Counted from the first letter of the stretch, positions 9,137 to 19,455 are shown. The stretch: 49,278 nt of DNA from Candidatus Desulfovibrio intestinigallinarum (GCA_019114565.1 DXFI01000177.1:1-49278); one strand, 5' to 3'. Numbers and translations are program-made. The notes: a model not told the origin generated them from the letters alone.

Positions 9137-10252
9137 ATGGGCGAAGTCCTTTCTATGGATGTTCCGCCGCAAAAGCCTTCCCGGAACCGGGCACGCCTTT
9201 TGCTGGCCGTGGCTGTTCTTTTGCTGGCTCTGCTTCTGGCCGGTCTGGCGCTTCTCTGGCTTTCCGGTTCTTCCGTGCAAAGCCGCTGGGCCGCGCTGGA
9301 TGCCGAAAGTCAGATGCTGACGGCGCCGTACAGCGCGCCTGTGGAAAATGTCTTTGTAAACGAAGGAATGCGCGTCAGCAGCGGGCAGGCGCTGCTGCGT
9401 CTGAGCAATGAGGATCTGCTGCGCCGTCAGGAGCAGGCAGGGCACGATCTGCGCGCGCTGCGTTCCGACATGGTGCAGCGCGAAATGGCCACGGAGCGCC
9501 TGCAGCGCGCACAGGCGGCATGGGAAGGCATGGTGTCGCGCCTGACCATCGCCCGGCATGAGGAAGAGCTGCGTTCCCGGGAGCGCGAACAGAAAAGCGT
9601 GGAGCATGTGCGGGCCCAGCTGGCGTTGCGCGGCATGGCTGCTTCCGGCGGCCCCGCCTATGACAAGGCCGCCCGCAAGGAAGCCGAGGCGCGCGCGGCT
9701 CTGGAGCAGGCGGAAAAGCGTTTCGAGCAGGCCAATCAGGAGCGGGCCGAGGCCGAGCGGGATGTGATGGCCCTGCGTGACGAAATTCAGAAGGCCAAGC
9801 GTGTGGCCGGTCCCGCGGCGGGGGTGAAGACGCCTTCCGGCAGCAGCCTGCCGTCGGTGGACGGCGTGCTGACCAGCGCGCAGGACGGGCTTGTGCTGCA
9901 TGTGCAGACCGCGCAGGGGCAGACCGTACAGCGGCAGCAGCCTCTGATGGAAATTGTGCCTTCTTCCAGCGAATACTGGTGGGTTCTGGCCTACTTCCCG
10001 GCGGAACAGGCCGGGCTTTTGCGGCAGGGCATGCCCTGCCGTGTCATTATCGGCGGCAGCAAGGAAAGTCTGGACGGCGAAATAGCCGAGCTGGCTCCGG
10101 CGGAGAAGCTGAACATGCCGGATCAGCGGGACGGTCCGCGAGAAAATGTCGTTCCCGCCAGAATCCGTATCCCCGGCGTGGACATGCTGGCCAGGGGCTG
10201 GAAGCCGGGGCAGCCCGCCGTGTGCGAAGTGGAAACAGGATTTTTCCGCTAG
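9137..10252 (+). CDS. HlyD-family membrane fusion protein
   Basis: N-terminal TM, lipoyl half-motifs (V.EG.RV..GQ.LL; G.V...GQ.V..QQPL) around a long coiled coil. Confidence 0.8.
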   Translation: MGEVLSMDVPPQKPSRNRARLLLAVAVLLLALLLAGLALLWLSGSSVQSRWAALDAESQMLTAPYSAPVENVFVNEGMRVSSGQALLRLSNEDLLRRQEQAGHDLRALRSDMVQREMATERLQRAQAAWEGMVSRLTIARHEEELRSREREQKSVEHVRAQLALRGMAASGGPAYDKAARKEAEARAALEQAEKRFEQANQERAEAERDVMALRDEIQKAKRVAGPAAGVKTPSGSSLPSVDGVLTSAQDGLVLHVQTAQGQTVQRQQPLMEIVPSSSEYWWVLAYFPAEQAGLLRQGMPCRVIIGGSKESLDGEIAELAPAEKLNMPDQRDGPRENVVPARIRIPGVDMLARGWKPGQPAVCEVETGFFR

Positions 10253-10418
10253 AGTCTGTTAACACTAAATGGTTCTTCTGGGGGGAAGGCCCCGTCCTTC
10301 CCCCAACGCGCTTTTTCAAAGAGGGTACAGGCCATGCGGCAAGTACCTTTCAGCGGCTCTGTGTAGCCTTCATTTTCTATTTGTTTGAAATAAATAGAAG
10401 ATTAGTGTTAACAGGCCC
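10252..10418 (-). mobile_element. Family B MITE-like element (short form)
   Basis: TIRs GAGTCTGTTAACACTAA / TTAGTGTTAACAGGCCC with TA on both sides; reverse-complement match to 23380-23663. Confidence 0.88.
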
Positions 10419-10526
10419 TAGAGCGTTTCAACCGCTTTCTGAACAGGATGCGCGGGAGCGAATACGTCCGGGGGAAGGGCAAGGTGCCTCTTCCCCCGTA
10501 TATCTTTGAGTTTGAGGCTTTTCTGT

Positions 10527-12524
10527 ATGGAACAGTTGCATCAGCTTGTCATTCTCTTTCTGCTGGCCATTGCGGTCAGCCTCGTATGCAACAAGTTGAA
10601 AATCATGCCTATGGTGGGTTTTCTGCTGACGGGCGTACTGTGCGGGCCGTCCATGCTGGGGCTGGTGGAAGATCAGGAGATCATCAACCAGATCGCCGAC
10701 CTGGGCGTGGCCATGCTGTTGTTTACCATTGGTATCGAATTGTCTGTGGATGCGCTCAACAGGCTCAAGCGGCCTGTGTTCATGGGCGGCAGCCTGCAGA
10801 TCGGTCTGACGGTGGCCTTTATTGCGCTGGCCTGCTGGCTGTACGGCACAAGCATACAGTCGGGGATTTTCTGGGGGTGTCTGGCGGCTTTGTCCTCGTC
10901 GGCCATCGTCCTGCAGATTTTCCAGAAGAAGGGGTACACCAGCACGCCTGTCGGACGTATCACGCTGGCCATCCTCGTTTTTCAGGATATCATGGTTGCG
11001 CCCTTCATGCTGTGCGTGCCGCTGCTGGGCGGAGCCCTGACGCTTTCGCTGACGGAGGCGCTGTTTGCCGTGGGCAAGGTTATTGCCGTTCTGGGCGGCG
11101 TCCTGCTGGCTGCGCATTTCGGACTGGCCCGGCTCATGGATGCCGTCATGGCGACGCGGGCGCGGGAAATTCTGCTGATGACGACGCTGGCCCTCTGCTT
11201 CGGCATCGCTACGCTTACGGAATCCCTCGGGCTTTCCTTTTCGCTGGGCGCCTTTCTGGCAGGTCTGCTGCTGGCCCGTTCGCCATACAGTATGAGCGTT
11301 GTTTCCGGCGTGCTGCCCTACAGGGATATTTTTCTCAGCCTCTTTTTCATCTCCGTGGGCATGATGCTGGATGTGGGCTTCTTCCTGAACCACATGGGCG
11401 CGATTCTGGCTTTTACCGCCGTCTTCATCATTCTGAAATTCCTGCTTTCCCTGCCGGCGGCGCTCATGCAGGGCTATCCTCTGCATACGGCTGTTTTCAG
11501 CGGCCTTGCGCTGGCGCAGGTCGGGGAATTTTCCTTTGTGCTGGCAGCGTCCGGTCTGACTTACCATCTTTTCAGCATGGAGGAGTATCAGCTCTTTCTG
11601 GCGGCCAGCGTGCTGACCATGATGCTGACGCCGCTGCTCATTTCCCTTGCGCCGCGCATCAGCGGCGCCATCATGCACTGGCGCAAGATCAAGGAAGAGG
11701 AAGAAAAGCCCTGTTCCGGCTGCGCCCTGCAGGATCACCTGATTATTGTGGGCTTCGGCATCAGCGGCAAACATCTTGCGCTGGTGGCAAAGGAATCCGG
11801 CATTGCCTACAATATTCTGGAAATGAATCCTGATACGGTCAACCGCTACAAGGATTCGGAACCCATTATGCACGGCGATGCCTCTCAGCCTGTTGTGCTG
11901 GAGCATCTGGGCGTGGACAAGGCCCGCGTGCTGGCCATCATCATTTCCGATCCGGCGGCGGTGCGGGCCATTACCGAAGAAGCCCGCAGCATGAACCCCA
12001 ACCTCTTTATTGTGGCGCGCACGCGCTTTGTGACCGAGGTTGCGCCGCTGCGGCGTCTGGGCGCGGATGTCGTCATTGCCGAAGAGTTTGAATCGTCCAT
12101 CGAGGTCTTCAGTCAGGTTCTTTCGCGCTATCTTGTGCCTCAGCAGAATATCGAGGCCTTTTCCGCGCGTCTGCGGCGGGCTAATTACCGCATGATCCGG
12201 CGCATGAGCGCCGGGGTCAGCAATCTTTCGGAAATGGTGGACCGGCTGCCGGAGATCGGCGTTCAGGCCATACGCCTGTGCGCGGATTCGCCCCTGTGCG
12301 GCGTGCGGCTCTGCGAAAGCAATTTGCGGCGCGGCCACGGCCTGACAGTGGTGGCCATTCTGCGCGACAAGGAAATGATCGCCACACCGGACCCGGAATG
12401 TACCCTGAACGCCGGGGACGTGCTTTATCTGTTTGCCTCGACGGAAAAGCTGCTGGCTGCCCGGCCGCTTTTTGGCGGGAGTGTGCAGGAAGGCGCTGGC
12501 ACGCATCAGAGTCAGCCCGCATAA
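10527..12524 (+). CDS. CPA2 cation/H+ antiporter (Kef-like) with TrkA-N and TrkA-C domains
   Basis: LLFTIGIE, LSSSAIV, LVFQD, FFISVGM and QVGEFSFV motifs; IIVGFG..G RCK-N domain; C-terminal RCK-C domain. Confidence 0.9.
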   Translation: MEQLHQLVILFLLAIAVSLVCNKLKIMPMVGFLLTGVLCGPSMLGLVEDQEIINQIADLGVAMLLFTIGIELSVDALNRLKRPVFMGGSLQIGLTVAFIALACWLYGTSIQSGIFWGCLAALSSSAIVLQIFQKKGYTSTPVGRITLAILVFQDIMVAPFMLCVPLLGGALTLSLTEALFAVGKVIAVLGGVLLAAHFGLARLMDAVMATRAREILLMTTLALCFGIATLTESLGLSFSLGAFLAGLLLARSPYSMSVVSGVLPYRDIFLSLFFISVGMMLDVGFFLNHMGAILAFTAVFIILKFLLSLPAALMQGYPLHTAVFSGLALAQVGEFSFVLAASGLTYHLFSMEEYQLFLAASVLTMMLTPLLISLAPRISGAIMHWRKIKEEEEKPCSGCALQDHLIIVGFGISGKHLALVAKESGIAYNILEMNPDTVNRYKDSEPIMHGDASQPVVLEHLGVDKARVLAIIISDPAAVRAITEEARSMNPNLFIVARTRFVTEVAPLRRLGADVVIAEEFESSIEVFSQVLSRYLVPQQNIEAFSARLRRANYRMIRRMSAGVSNLSEMVDRLPEIGVQAIRLCADSPLCGVRLCESNLRRGHGLTVVAILRDKEMIATPDPECTLNAGDVLYLFASTEKLLAARPLFGGSVQEGAGTHQSQPA

Positions 12525-12558
12525 CGTCTTTAACCGGTCCGCCGGTCTTTGAAAAAAG

Positions 12559-12609
12559 AAAGCGCCTGTGCGGCAACAGACATCTTCTGTCGCCGCACAG
12601 GCGCTTTTT
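12559..12609. terminator. Long hairpin terminator
   Basis: AAAGCGCCTGTGCGGC..GCCGCACAGGCGCTTTT. Confidence 0.8.
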
Positions 12610-12632
12610 GCGGTGCGAGAGCGTTTTTCCTT

Positions 12633-12779
12633 TAGAGTGTTTCAACTTTGAAAAAGGTGAAACGCGAGGCGGCGGCACAGCGCCGCCCGGCCCAGAGAGA
12701 GTGGAAAAACCGCGTTTTTTCCGCGAAACGAAGGCCGTATGGTTTGAAATGCACAGCGTTCCAAACTGCAATTGCTCCA
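12633..12779 (+). mobile_element. Family A element, full length
   Basis: TAGAGTGTTTCAACTTTG...AAACTGCAATTGCTCCA; aligns with 46812-46959. Confidence 0.9.
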
Positions 12780-13005
12780 AGGCCTGTTAACACAAATTTT
12801 AAAAATAATTTCAATAGATAGGATAAACATGCTGTACACACGCCACTTGTTTTTGGTGGCGGAGTCGCTTCGTATTCCAGACTCTTTCCCCGATAAAAGC
12901 GCGCTGGGGAAGGGATGGGGGCTTGGGGGGAAGGGAAACCCCTCTCGCCCTAGCAGAGGGGTTTCCCTTCCCCCCAAACAACTTACGAAGAGTGTCAACA
13001 GGCCC
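12780..13005 (+). mobile_element. Family B element abutting a family A end
   Basis: AGGCCTGTTAACAC ... GTGTCAACAGGCCC+TA; internal GGGAAACCCCTCT/AGAGGGGTTTCCC hairpin. Confidence 0.88.
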
Positions 13006-13664
13006 TAGTTGCGGAAGCGTTCCACGCGGGCCGGAGGCAGATTGCAGAGAGCAAAGCGGCAGACATCTCTGTCGCAGCCGGTCTGCTGGAGAATGGAGGG
13101 GCCCCAGAGGGCATAGGTAAACTGAATAATGACGCCGTTCCGCGCAACGGAACGCATCTGTTCGATGACGGCGGCGCGCAGTCCGTCCGGGAAGCTGACA
13201 AGCGGCAGTGAAGACACAATGGCGCGAACGTGCGTGCGCGCCAGCCGGGGGGCGAGCAGTTCGCCCAGACGGGCGGCGTCCCCTTCCAGAACCTGAAGGC
13301 GCGGGAAACGGCGACGCAGGGCCCGGCAGAACTCGGGCGCATACTCCACCAGAATCAAATCCTGCGGGTCAATGCCGCTTCGCAGCAGGGCGCGGGTAAC
13401 GGAGCCGGTACCCGGGCCAAGTTCCACCACCAGACCGGGGCCCGGAGGCACAAGGGCCGCCATGCGGGCTGCCAGCATGGGGCCGCTGGGAGCAATGGCT
13501 CCTATGGAACGGGGATGTTCGGCCCACTGCCGGACAAAGGTTCCGCCTTCTTTCAGACAGGACAGCATCGCGGCCGTATGCGTACCGGCATGGCGCAGGC
13601 CAAAGCCTACGGCGCGGCGCAGAAGTTCGATTCGCGGGGAAAGGAAGGGGGCGGAAGGGGACAT
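13005..13664 (-). CDS. Class I SAM methyltransferase, PmtA/OlsG-like lipid N-methyltransferase
   Basis: GAIAPSG..LA..MA, VVELGPGTG, GDA and IVSSLPL motifs; start codon uncertain. Confidence 0.8.
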   Translation of the reverse strand: MSPSAPFLSPRIELLRRAVGFGLRHAGTHTAAMLSCLKEGGTFVRQWAEHPRSIGAIAPSGPMLAARMAALVPPGPGLVVELGPGTGSVTRALLRSGIDPQDLILVEYAPEFCRALRRRFPRLQVLEGDAARLGELLAPRLARTHVRAIVSSLPLVSFPDGLRAAVIEQMRSVARNGVIIQFTYALWGPSILQQTGCDRDVCRFALCNLPPARVERFRN

Positions 13665-13948
13665 GCAGACTCCAGAATTCGGGCGTGTAGGTGAAAGCTG
13701 ATATGCCGCGGCCCGGGAAGGAGCCCGTGCAGCGGCTGGAGAGCATCATGCCGCATGGAGCGTCGGGAAAGCGTCGGGATGGTATGATTGTTGGGGCGGC
13801 TCTGCGGGAAGGATGCCGCCTGACGCGGGGTGATTACGGGAAGATATGTACGCAGAGCGGCGACAGTTGCCGACGGTTGCTGTTTTCCGCAGTTCCCGGC
13901 AGGCGCAGGGGCTCTGCCGGGAGCCGCAGAAAGTGTGGAAATGAGAGT

Positions 13949-14980
13949 TTAGCCCAGCATATCGGGGACAAAGTCGTCGGGTACGTCGGCCAGCGTGGCG
14001 ACCATGACGGCCTTGATGGTGTGCATGCGGTTTTCCGCTTCGGGGAAGACCAGGCTGCGGGGAGATTCAAAGACTTCGTCCGTGACTTCCATGCAGTCGA
14101 TGCCGAAACGCTGATAGATTTGTTCGCCGACGGTGGTTTCCCGATTGTGGAAGCTGGGCAGACAGTGCAGGAAGCCGCAGTCCGGGTTGCCTGTCTGCGC
14201 CATGACGTCGGCGGTGATGCGGTAAGGCGTCAGGAGTTTGATGCGTTCTTCCCAGACTTCGTCTGGTTCTCCCATGGAGACCCAGACATCGGCATAGAGG
14301 TAGTCGCAGCCCCTGACGCCGTCGGCAACGCTTTCCGTGCGGCTGATGTGCGCGCCGGTGCGGGCGGCAATGGCCTGCGCCGTGGCGAAGACCTCGTCGC
14401 TGGTCCACAGAGCGCGGGGGGCCACGGAGCGGAAGTCCATGCCCATCATGGCCGCGGCCACCATGAGCGAATTACCCATATTGAAACGGGCGTCGCCCAG
14501 GTAGGCAAAGGTCTGGCGCGACAGGGGCTTTTCATTGTGTTCGCGCATGGTGAGCAGGTCGGCCAGCATCTGGGTGGGATGCCATTCGTTGGTGAGACCG
14601 TTCCAGACGGGCACAGGCGCAAAGCGGGCCAGCGTCTCCACAATGTCCTGACCGAAGCCGCGGTATTCGATGCCGTCGTAAAAACCGGAAAGAACACGCG
14701 CCGTGTCGGCCATGGATTCCTTCTTGCCGACCTGAGAACCGGAGGGACCAAGATAGGTTGCGTGGGCTCCCTGATCGAAGGCGGCCACCTCAAAGGAACA
14801 ACGGGTGCGCGTGGAATCCTTTTCAAACAGCAGCGCAATGTTCTTGCCTGCCAGAAAGCGGGGTTCCGTGCCGCTTTTCTTGGCTTTCTTGAGCGCGGCT
14901 GCCAAATCCAGCAACGAGGAGAATTCCTCGGGCGTGAAATCCGTTTCCTTGAGGAAATCTCTGCCTGTCAATCTGCTCAT
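13949..14980 (-). CDS. argF: Ornithine carbamoyltransferase
   Basis: STRTR, HPTQ, DVWVSMG and HCLP motifs; GGAGA RBS before the ATG at 14980. Confidence 0.92.
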   Translation of the reverse strand: MSRLTGRDFLKETDFTPEEFSSLLDLAAALKKAKKSGTEPRFLAGKNIALLFEKDSTRTRCSFEVAAFDQGAHATYLGPSGSQVGKKESMADTARVLSGFYDGIEYRGFGQDIVETLARFAPVPVWNGLTNEWHPTQMLADLLTMREHNEKPLSRQTFAYLGDARFNMGNSLMVAAAMMGMDFRSVAPRALWTSDEVFATAQAIAARTGAHISRTESVADGVRGCDYLYADVWVSMGEPDEVWEERIKLLTPYRITADVMAQTGNPDCGFLHCLPSFHNRETTVGEQIYQRFGIDCMEVTDEVFESPRSLVFPEAENRMHTIKAVMVATLADVPDDFVPDMLG

Positions 14981-15091
14981 GGGCATTCTCCGCCGGGGCA
15001 GTCGGGGACGTCCCGGGTTAGCGATGTAAAAATAAACGCCTAGCCAAAAAAGGCGTAAAAGTCCAGACAGGCGACCCCGTGCGCAGCCCCG

Positions 15092-15268
15092 GAGCGTTTC
15101 ACCCTTGAAAAAAGTACGCGAGGCGGAGACACAGCGCCACCCGGCCAGAAGTGAGCGGAAAAACCGCGCTGGGGAAGGGATGGGGGGTTGGGGGGAAGGG
15201 AAACACCTCTCGCGAGCAGAGGGGTTTCCCTTCCCCCCAAACAACTTAGGAAGAGTGTTGACAGGCCC
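15092..15268 (+). mobile_element. Chimeric A/B repeat (left half A, right half B)
   Basis: Family A sequence to about 15169 runs directly into family B sequence ending GTGTTGACAGGCCC. Confidence 0.85.
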
Positions 15269-16097
15269 TGGGGGATGAGGCTTTGCGGGGAGTGCGGGGG
15301 AGGGGCAGACAGCGGAGTTCGTAGGCGGGATTGTCCATGGAAACATCGCCGCCGAACAGTTCCGTTGCCAGAATGAGATGCGGTTTCGGCTCAGAAAGCG
15401 CGCAGGTAAAGAGATCGGATGCCTGTTCGATGCCGCCAGCGTCGGTGCGGGTATGCAGCATGGGCGTGGCGGGAATCCGTAACAGGCTGATCCCCGGAAT
15501 TTTCCGGCTGGCCGGGCATTTTTCCACTTCGATGAAGATATGGCGCTCGCGCGTGCCGTTTTTGAAAAGGAGCGCCAGCCCGTACTCATAGGCGGGCGGG
15601 ACGCCTGTGGTGCGCAGATCGCCCATGAGCCGGTACAATGCCCGGTGATAGGCGTCGCTTTCCACTGCGCCGTCAAAGGGACGCAGGGCCAGGGTGCAGG
15701 CATGCTGTATGCTGTTGCCCAGCGTCGGCGCGGGCGGGCAGACGTTACAGCGGCGCATGTCCGCTTCCAGTATCCGCAGCAGATGCAGCGTGCGGCGTAT
15801 CTCCTGAATCCGGGCTTCCGCGGCCTTTTTGCCGACAGCCAGCAGATCGGCATAGCGTATGCGTCCGTCAGGCGTCACGAAGTCGGAAAATTCCTTGAGG
15901 GGGATGCCGGTCAGCGTGCAGAATCTGAGAAGATCCACCAGCAGCGCCTGACGCGGGGCGTAATAGCGGTAGCCGTTTTCGGGATTGACATACTGCGGGG
16001 GGAGAACACCGATTTCATCGTAATATCTCAATGTTTTTATATTTACCCCGGTAAGGGAGGACAAATCTCCAATGCGGAGCAGAAACGATGACGGCAT
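15246..16097 (-). CDS. MerR-family regulator (BltR/BmrR-like) with effector domain
   Basis: [24 protein letters not shown]...NGYRYY helix-turn-helix; divergent from a MATE gene. Confidence 0.9.
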   Translation of the reverse strand: MPSSFLLRIGDLSSLTGVNIKTLRYYDEIGVLPPQYVNPENGYRYYAPRQALLVDLLRFCTLTGIPLKEFSDFVTPDGRIRYADLLAVGKKAAEARIQEIRRTLHLLRILEADMRRCNVCPPAPTLGNSIQHACTLALRPFDGAVESDAYHRALYRLMGDLRTTGVPPAYEYGLALLFKNGTRERHIFIEVEKCPASRKIPGISLLRIPATPMLHTRTDAGGIEQASDLFTCALSEPKPHLILATELFGGDVSMDNPAYELRCLPLPRTPRKASSPRACQHSS

Positions 16098-16099
16098 GC

Positions 16100-16130
16100 T
16101 TGACTCTCCTGTTATGGGAGACTTTATACT
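16100..16130 (+). promoter_or_regulatory. MerR-type promoter/operator for the MATE gene
   Basis: TTGACT (16100-05), 19-bp spacer, TATACT (16125-30), with dyad TCTCC-N7-GGAGA between them. Confidence 0.85.
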
Positions 16131-16209
16131 GTAAGGTGCTGTGTCGCAAGAAAGCTCCCGGAGCCGGACGACCGGATCGAACCGGCCTTCCTGATCCTTG
16201 CGGAAGACC

Positions 16210-16355
16210 TGAGCGTTCTGCTTTTGAGAAAGACAGAGCGCGAGGCGGCGGCACAGCGCAGCCCGGCCCTGAGTGAGCGGAGCTCTGCGTTTTTTCCGCG
16301 AAACGACAGGCCGTATGGTTTTGAAGCGCAACATGTTTCAAACTGAAATGCTCTG
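16210..16355 (+). mobile_element. Family A element in the MATE 5' leader
   Basis: GAGCGTTCTGC...AAACTGAAATGCTCTG. Confidence 0.88.
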
Positions 16356-16371
16356 AAAGGAGAAGTCCGTC

Positions 16372-17700
16372 ATGTCGCGGAGTCTGAATCAGGCTGTCGA
16401 TACGCCGCTCCTCATACGTTTTGCTCTGCCCACCATCTGTTCCATGCTGAGCGCCGGGCTTTACGGGACTGTGGACGGCATCTTTGTGGCGCGCCTTGTG
16501 GGAGCGGATGCGCTGGCGGCGGTGAATATTGTTGCACCCCTGCTGATTTTCGGCGTGTCGCTCGGTCATATGTTCGGCATGGGCGGGAGCGCGCTGGTGG
16601 CGCGCACCCTGGGCGAAGGGGACGACGCTGCCGCGCGGGAATATTTTTCGCTGATTCTCTATACTGTGGGCCTGCTGGGCATGGCCATACTGTTTGCGGG
16701 CGAAGCCCTGCTGGAGCCGCTGCTTGGCCTGCTGGGAAGCGACGCGGCTCTGCTGCCGCTGTGCCGGGACTATGCGCGGCCTCTCCTGCTCTTTTTCCCC
16801 TTTCTGCTGCTGACGCTTGCCTTTGAAATCTTTTTCATCACGGCGGGGCGCGCATCGCTGGGGCTGGCCTGCACCATGACGGGCGGCATCTGCAACATCG
16901 TTCTGGACTATCTTTTCATGGCCGTGCTGAACTGGGGCATTCAGGGGGCTGCGGTGGCAACGGGGCTGGGCTATGCCCTGTCGGCATGTCTGGGACTGGT
17001 CTATTTTGCGCGGCCCCGTGACGGGCTGTGTCTGGGCAGGCCGTCGCGGCGGGTGGCTGTCCTGCTGACGGCCGCCGGAAACGGTTTTTCCGAAATGGTG
17101 TCGAATCTGGCAGCCGCCGTCGTGACCTTATTATTCAACAATATTCTGATGCGCATGTGCGGGGCGGAGGGCGTTGCGGCCATTACCATCATTCTGTATG
17201 GGCAATGGCTCATCAATATGGTCTTCATGGGCTATGCCGTGGGCATATCGCCGCTTGTCAGCTACAACGACGGCAGCGGCAACAGGTCGCGCCTGCGCGC
17301 CATTCACCGGCGCAGCCTGCGCCTCATAGCCGCTTTTTCGGCGGTTACGTGCTGCATCGCCTATGTGTCCGCACCCGTGCTGACGGGACTGTTCAGCCCG
17401 CCGGGCACAACGGTGCACACGCTGGCGTCGCGGGGCTTCCGCCTGTTTGCCGTCTCGTTTCTGCTGGCCGGATTCAATATCTATGCTTCGGCGTTGTTTA
17501 CGGCTCTGTCCAACGGCGTGGTATCGGCGCTGCTGTCGTTCTGCCGGACCTTTCTGTTTGTGGTTCCGGCGGCGCTGCTGCTGCCCCTGTGGCTGGATCT
17601 CGACGGCGTGTGGCTGTCCATTCCCTGCGCGGAGGCTCTGGGGCTGTTCCTGTCCCTGTTCATGATATGGCGCAAGCGCGGCAACTACGGCTATGCCTGA
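16372..17700 (+). CDS. MATE family efflux transporter
   Basis: VDGIFV..LVG.DALAAVN, NIVLDYLF..WGIQGAAVAT and GVWLSIP.AE motifs; about 12 TM helices. Confidence 0.93.
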   Translation: MSRSLNQAVDTPLLIRFALPTICSMLSAGLYGTVDGIFVARLVGADALAAVNIVAPLLIFGVSLGHMFGMGGSALVARTLGEGDDAAAREYFSLILYTVGLLGMAILFAGEALLEPLLGLLGSDAALLPLCRDYARPLLLFFPFLLLTLAFEIFFITAGRASLGLACTMTGGICNIVLDYLFMAVLNWGIQGAAVATGLGYALSACLGLVYFARPRDGLCLGRPSRRVAVLLTAAGNGFSEMVSNLAAAVVTLLFNNILMRMCGAEGVAAITIILYGQWLINMVFMGYAVGISPLVSYNDGSGNRSRLRAIHRRSLRLIAAFSAVTCCIAYVSAPVLTGLFSPPGTTVHTLASRGFRLFAVSFLLAGFNIYASALFTALSNGVVSALLSFCRTFLFVVPAALLLPLWLDLDGVWLSIPCAEALGLFLSLFMIWRKRGNYGYA

Positions 17701-17725
17701 TGCAGGTGGGGCTTGCGTCCTTACT

Positions 17726-17757
17726 AAAAATGCTCCTGTGATACAGGAGCATTTTTT
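17726..17757. terminator. Bidirectional terminator
   Basis: AAAAATGCTCCTGT..ACAGGAGCATTTTTT between convergent genes. Confidence 0.85.
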
Positions 17758-17869
17758 ATATCAGAGCTTCCGGCTGTCCCGTTGCGGTTTCCGGGGACGG
17801 CGGACAGGGGAAGAACCGGAGCCTTTCCTTCCGCTGTGTTTTTGTGCTCCGGGCGTTCTCCAGTAGGCG

Positions 17870-18075
17870 GGTTTTGGGGAAGATAGGGGAGTTTGAGGGG
17901 GAATCTACGGGAACGCCCTTCCTCGCTTCGCTAGGGAAGGGCTGGGCCCTTTTTGCCGCAAGCAGCGACCCAACGGGCGGCCGAAGGCCGTGTCCGTTAG
18001 GCGACGCAGGAGCCTTACGGACATCGACAGCAGAGCAAAGGGGTTTCTTCCCCCTCAAGCGTATGAATCCTGAAC
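17870..18075. repeat. Third repeat type carrying a 60-bp hairpin module shared with family B
   Basis: TTGAGGGGGAA..TTCCCCCTCAA outer stem; 17976-18035 matches 23554-23613 at 57/60; left boundary uncertain. Confidence 0.7.
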
Positions 18076-19455
18076 TTAGGAAAGCTCCTGCCCGTTTTCC
18101 TCTCTGGCTTCGGCGAGGCGGCTTGCCAGCTTGGCATCGGCCTTGTCGAGGCTCCATTCGCCGGGCAGGGGGGCGGTGAGTTCCGCCTTGTCGCCCACAT
18201 AGGGATTGAAATAGCCGTAACGCAGCCAGGGGCACAGGCGGCGCAGACGCTTCATGAAGACGGCAAGGCTCATGGACGGGCCGTGGGAGATGCCCTCCAT
18301 AAGATTCCAGTACCAGTCGGGATCGATATTCAGATTGCGCCACTGAATCATGCTGACGCCGTTTTCTCCCACAAGGCGGGCGAGGGCTTCCAGTTCGGCT
18401 TCCGTGTCTGTGATGCCGGGGAAGAAAAGCAGGTTGAGCGAGACGAAGATTCCGTGGCGGCGGGCCACGGCAATGGACGTGCGCACGTCTCCGAAGCTGT
18501 AGCCGTGGGGACGGTAGTAGCGTTCATAGACTTCGGGACGGGCGGAGTTGAGGCTGACGCGCAGACTGGTCAGACCGGAGCGGGCCAGCGCCTCCACGGC
18601 CGAGGGACGCGAGGCATTGCTGTTGCAGTTGACGGTGCCCACACCGCCGCCGGAACGGAACAGACGGACGCTTTCGCAGAGCAGATCGGGATTCATGAGG
18701 GGATCGCCCTCGCAGCCCTGACCAAAGGAATAGACGGGGCGTTCCAGTTCCCGACCCATGTGGAAGCGCATGACTTCGGCCAGTTCTTCGGCCGTGGGCG
18801 TGAAGGCCAGACGGCACTGCGGCGTGACGGCCAGCGGAGAATCCTTTTCCTGCTCGGAAATACACCCTACGCAGCGCGCATTGCAGGAACGGGAGCTGGG
18901 CAGGGGAGCCTCAAAACGGCCGAGCGCGAAGTTGCGGGCCGCCGGACAGTCGTAGCGATAGACGCAGTTGTCGATGATGTGGCGGGCAAGGCGGTTTTGA
19001 GGCAGGGCCGCCAGCACGTCCCGCGCGCCGCGTTCAATGCGGGCCCGGGGGATATGGCGGAACTGCTGCCGCGGATCGTCGTCCACTTTTCGCGCGCAGA
19101 TATAGAAGCGGCCGTGGGCAAAGCCGACGGCGCCGTAGGCAAACAGAGGCAGCAGGGGGGCGTCGTCGTCCTGCTCGTAGGCCGGATGCGCTGAAAGCGT
19201 GTGGGCGGGGGCGGCAAAGGCCGCCACGGCGACCTCGTCTCCCGCCACAATATCGCCGCTTTGCGGATCAAGGCCCACGGCGCGCCGTCCGGGCAGGAGA
19301 AACAGTTCGCTTTCTTCGGGCAGGGGCATGAGCTCGTCCGGGCGGGGCAGGCCCCATTCCCCGCCGCGCCGACAGACCATCAGCAAATCGGGGTCGTCGA
19401 AAATGTTGCCCTGGGCGTCGGCCATGACCATATGGGGAACTACGGGATGAGCCAT
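18076..19455 (-). CDS. Radical SAM protein of unknown function
   Basis: CNARCVGC (CxxxCxxC), SFGQGCEGDP and RVSLNS motifs; AAGGAG RBS. Confidence 0.88.
   Translation of the reverse strand: MAHPVVPHMVMADAQGNIFDDPDLLMVCRRGGEWGLPRPDELMPLPEESELFLLPGRRAVGLDPQSGDIVAGDEVAVAAFAAPAHTLSAHPAYEQDDDAPLLPLFAYGAVGFAHGRFYICARKVDDDPRQQFRHIPRARIERGARDVLAALPQNRLARHIIDNCVYRYDCPAARNFALGRFEAPLPSSRSCNARCVGCISEQEKDSPLAVTPQCRLAFTPTAEELAEVMRFHMGRELERPVYSFGQGCEGDPLMNPDLLCESVRLFRSGGGVGTVNCNSNASRPSAVEALARSGLTSLRVSLNSARPEVYERYYRPHGYSFGDVRTSIAVARRHGIFVSLNLLFFPGITDTEAELEALARLVGENGVSMIQWRNLNIDPDWYWNLMEGISHGPSMSLAVFMKRLRRLCPWLRYGYFNPYVGDKAELTAPLPGEWSLDKADAKLASRLAEAREENGQELS

Noticed and set aside
14981-15853. Apparent 634-aa OTC fusion
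   Set aside because: The N-terminal part is an alternative frame of merR plus repeat sequence. OTC has its own RBS and ATG at 14980.
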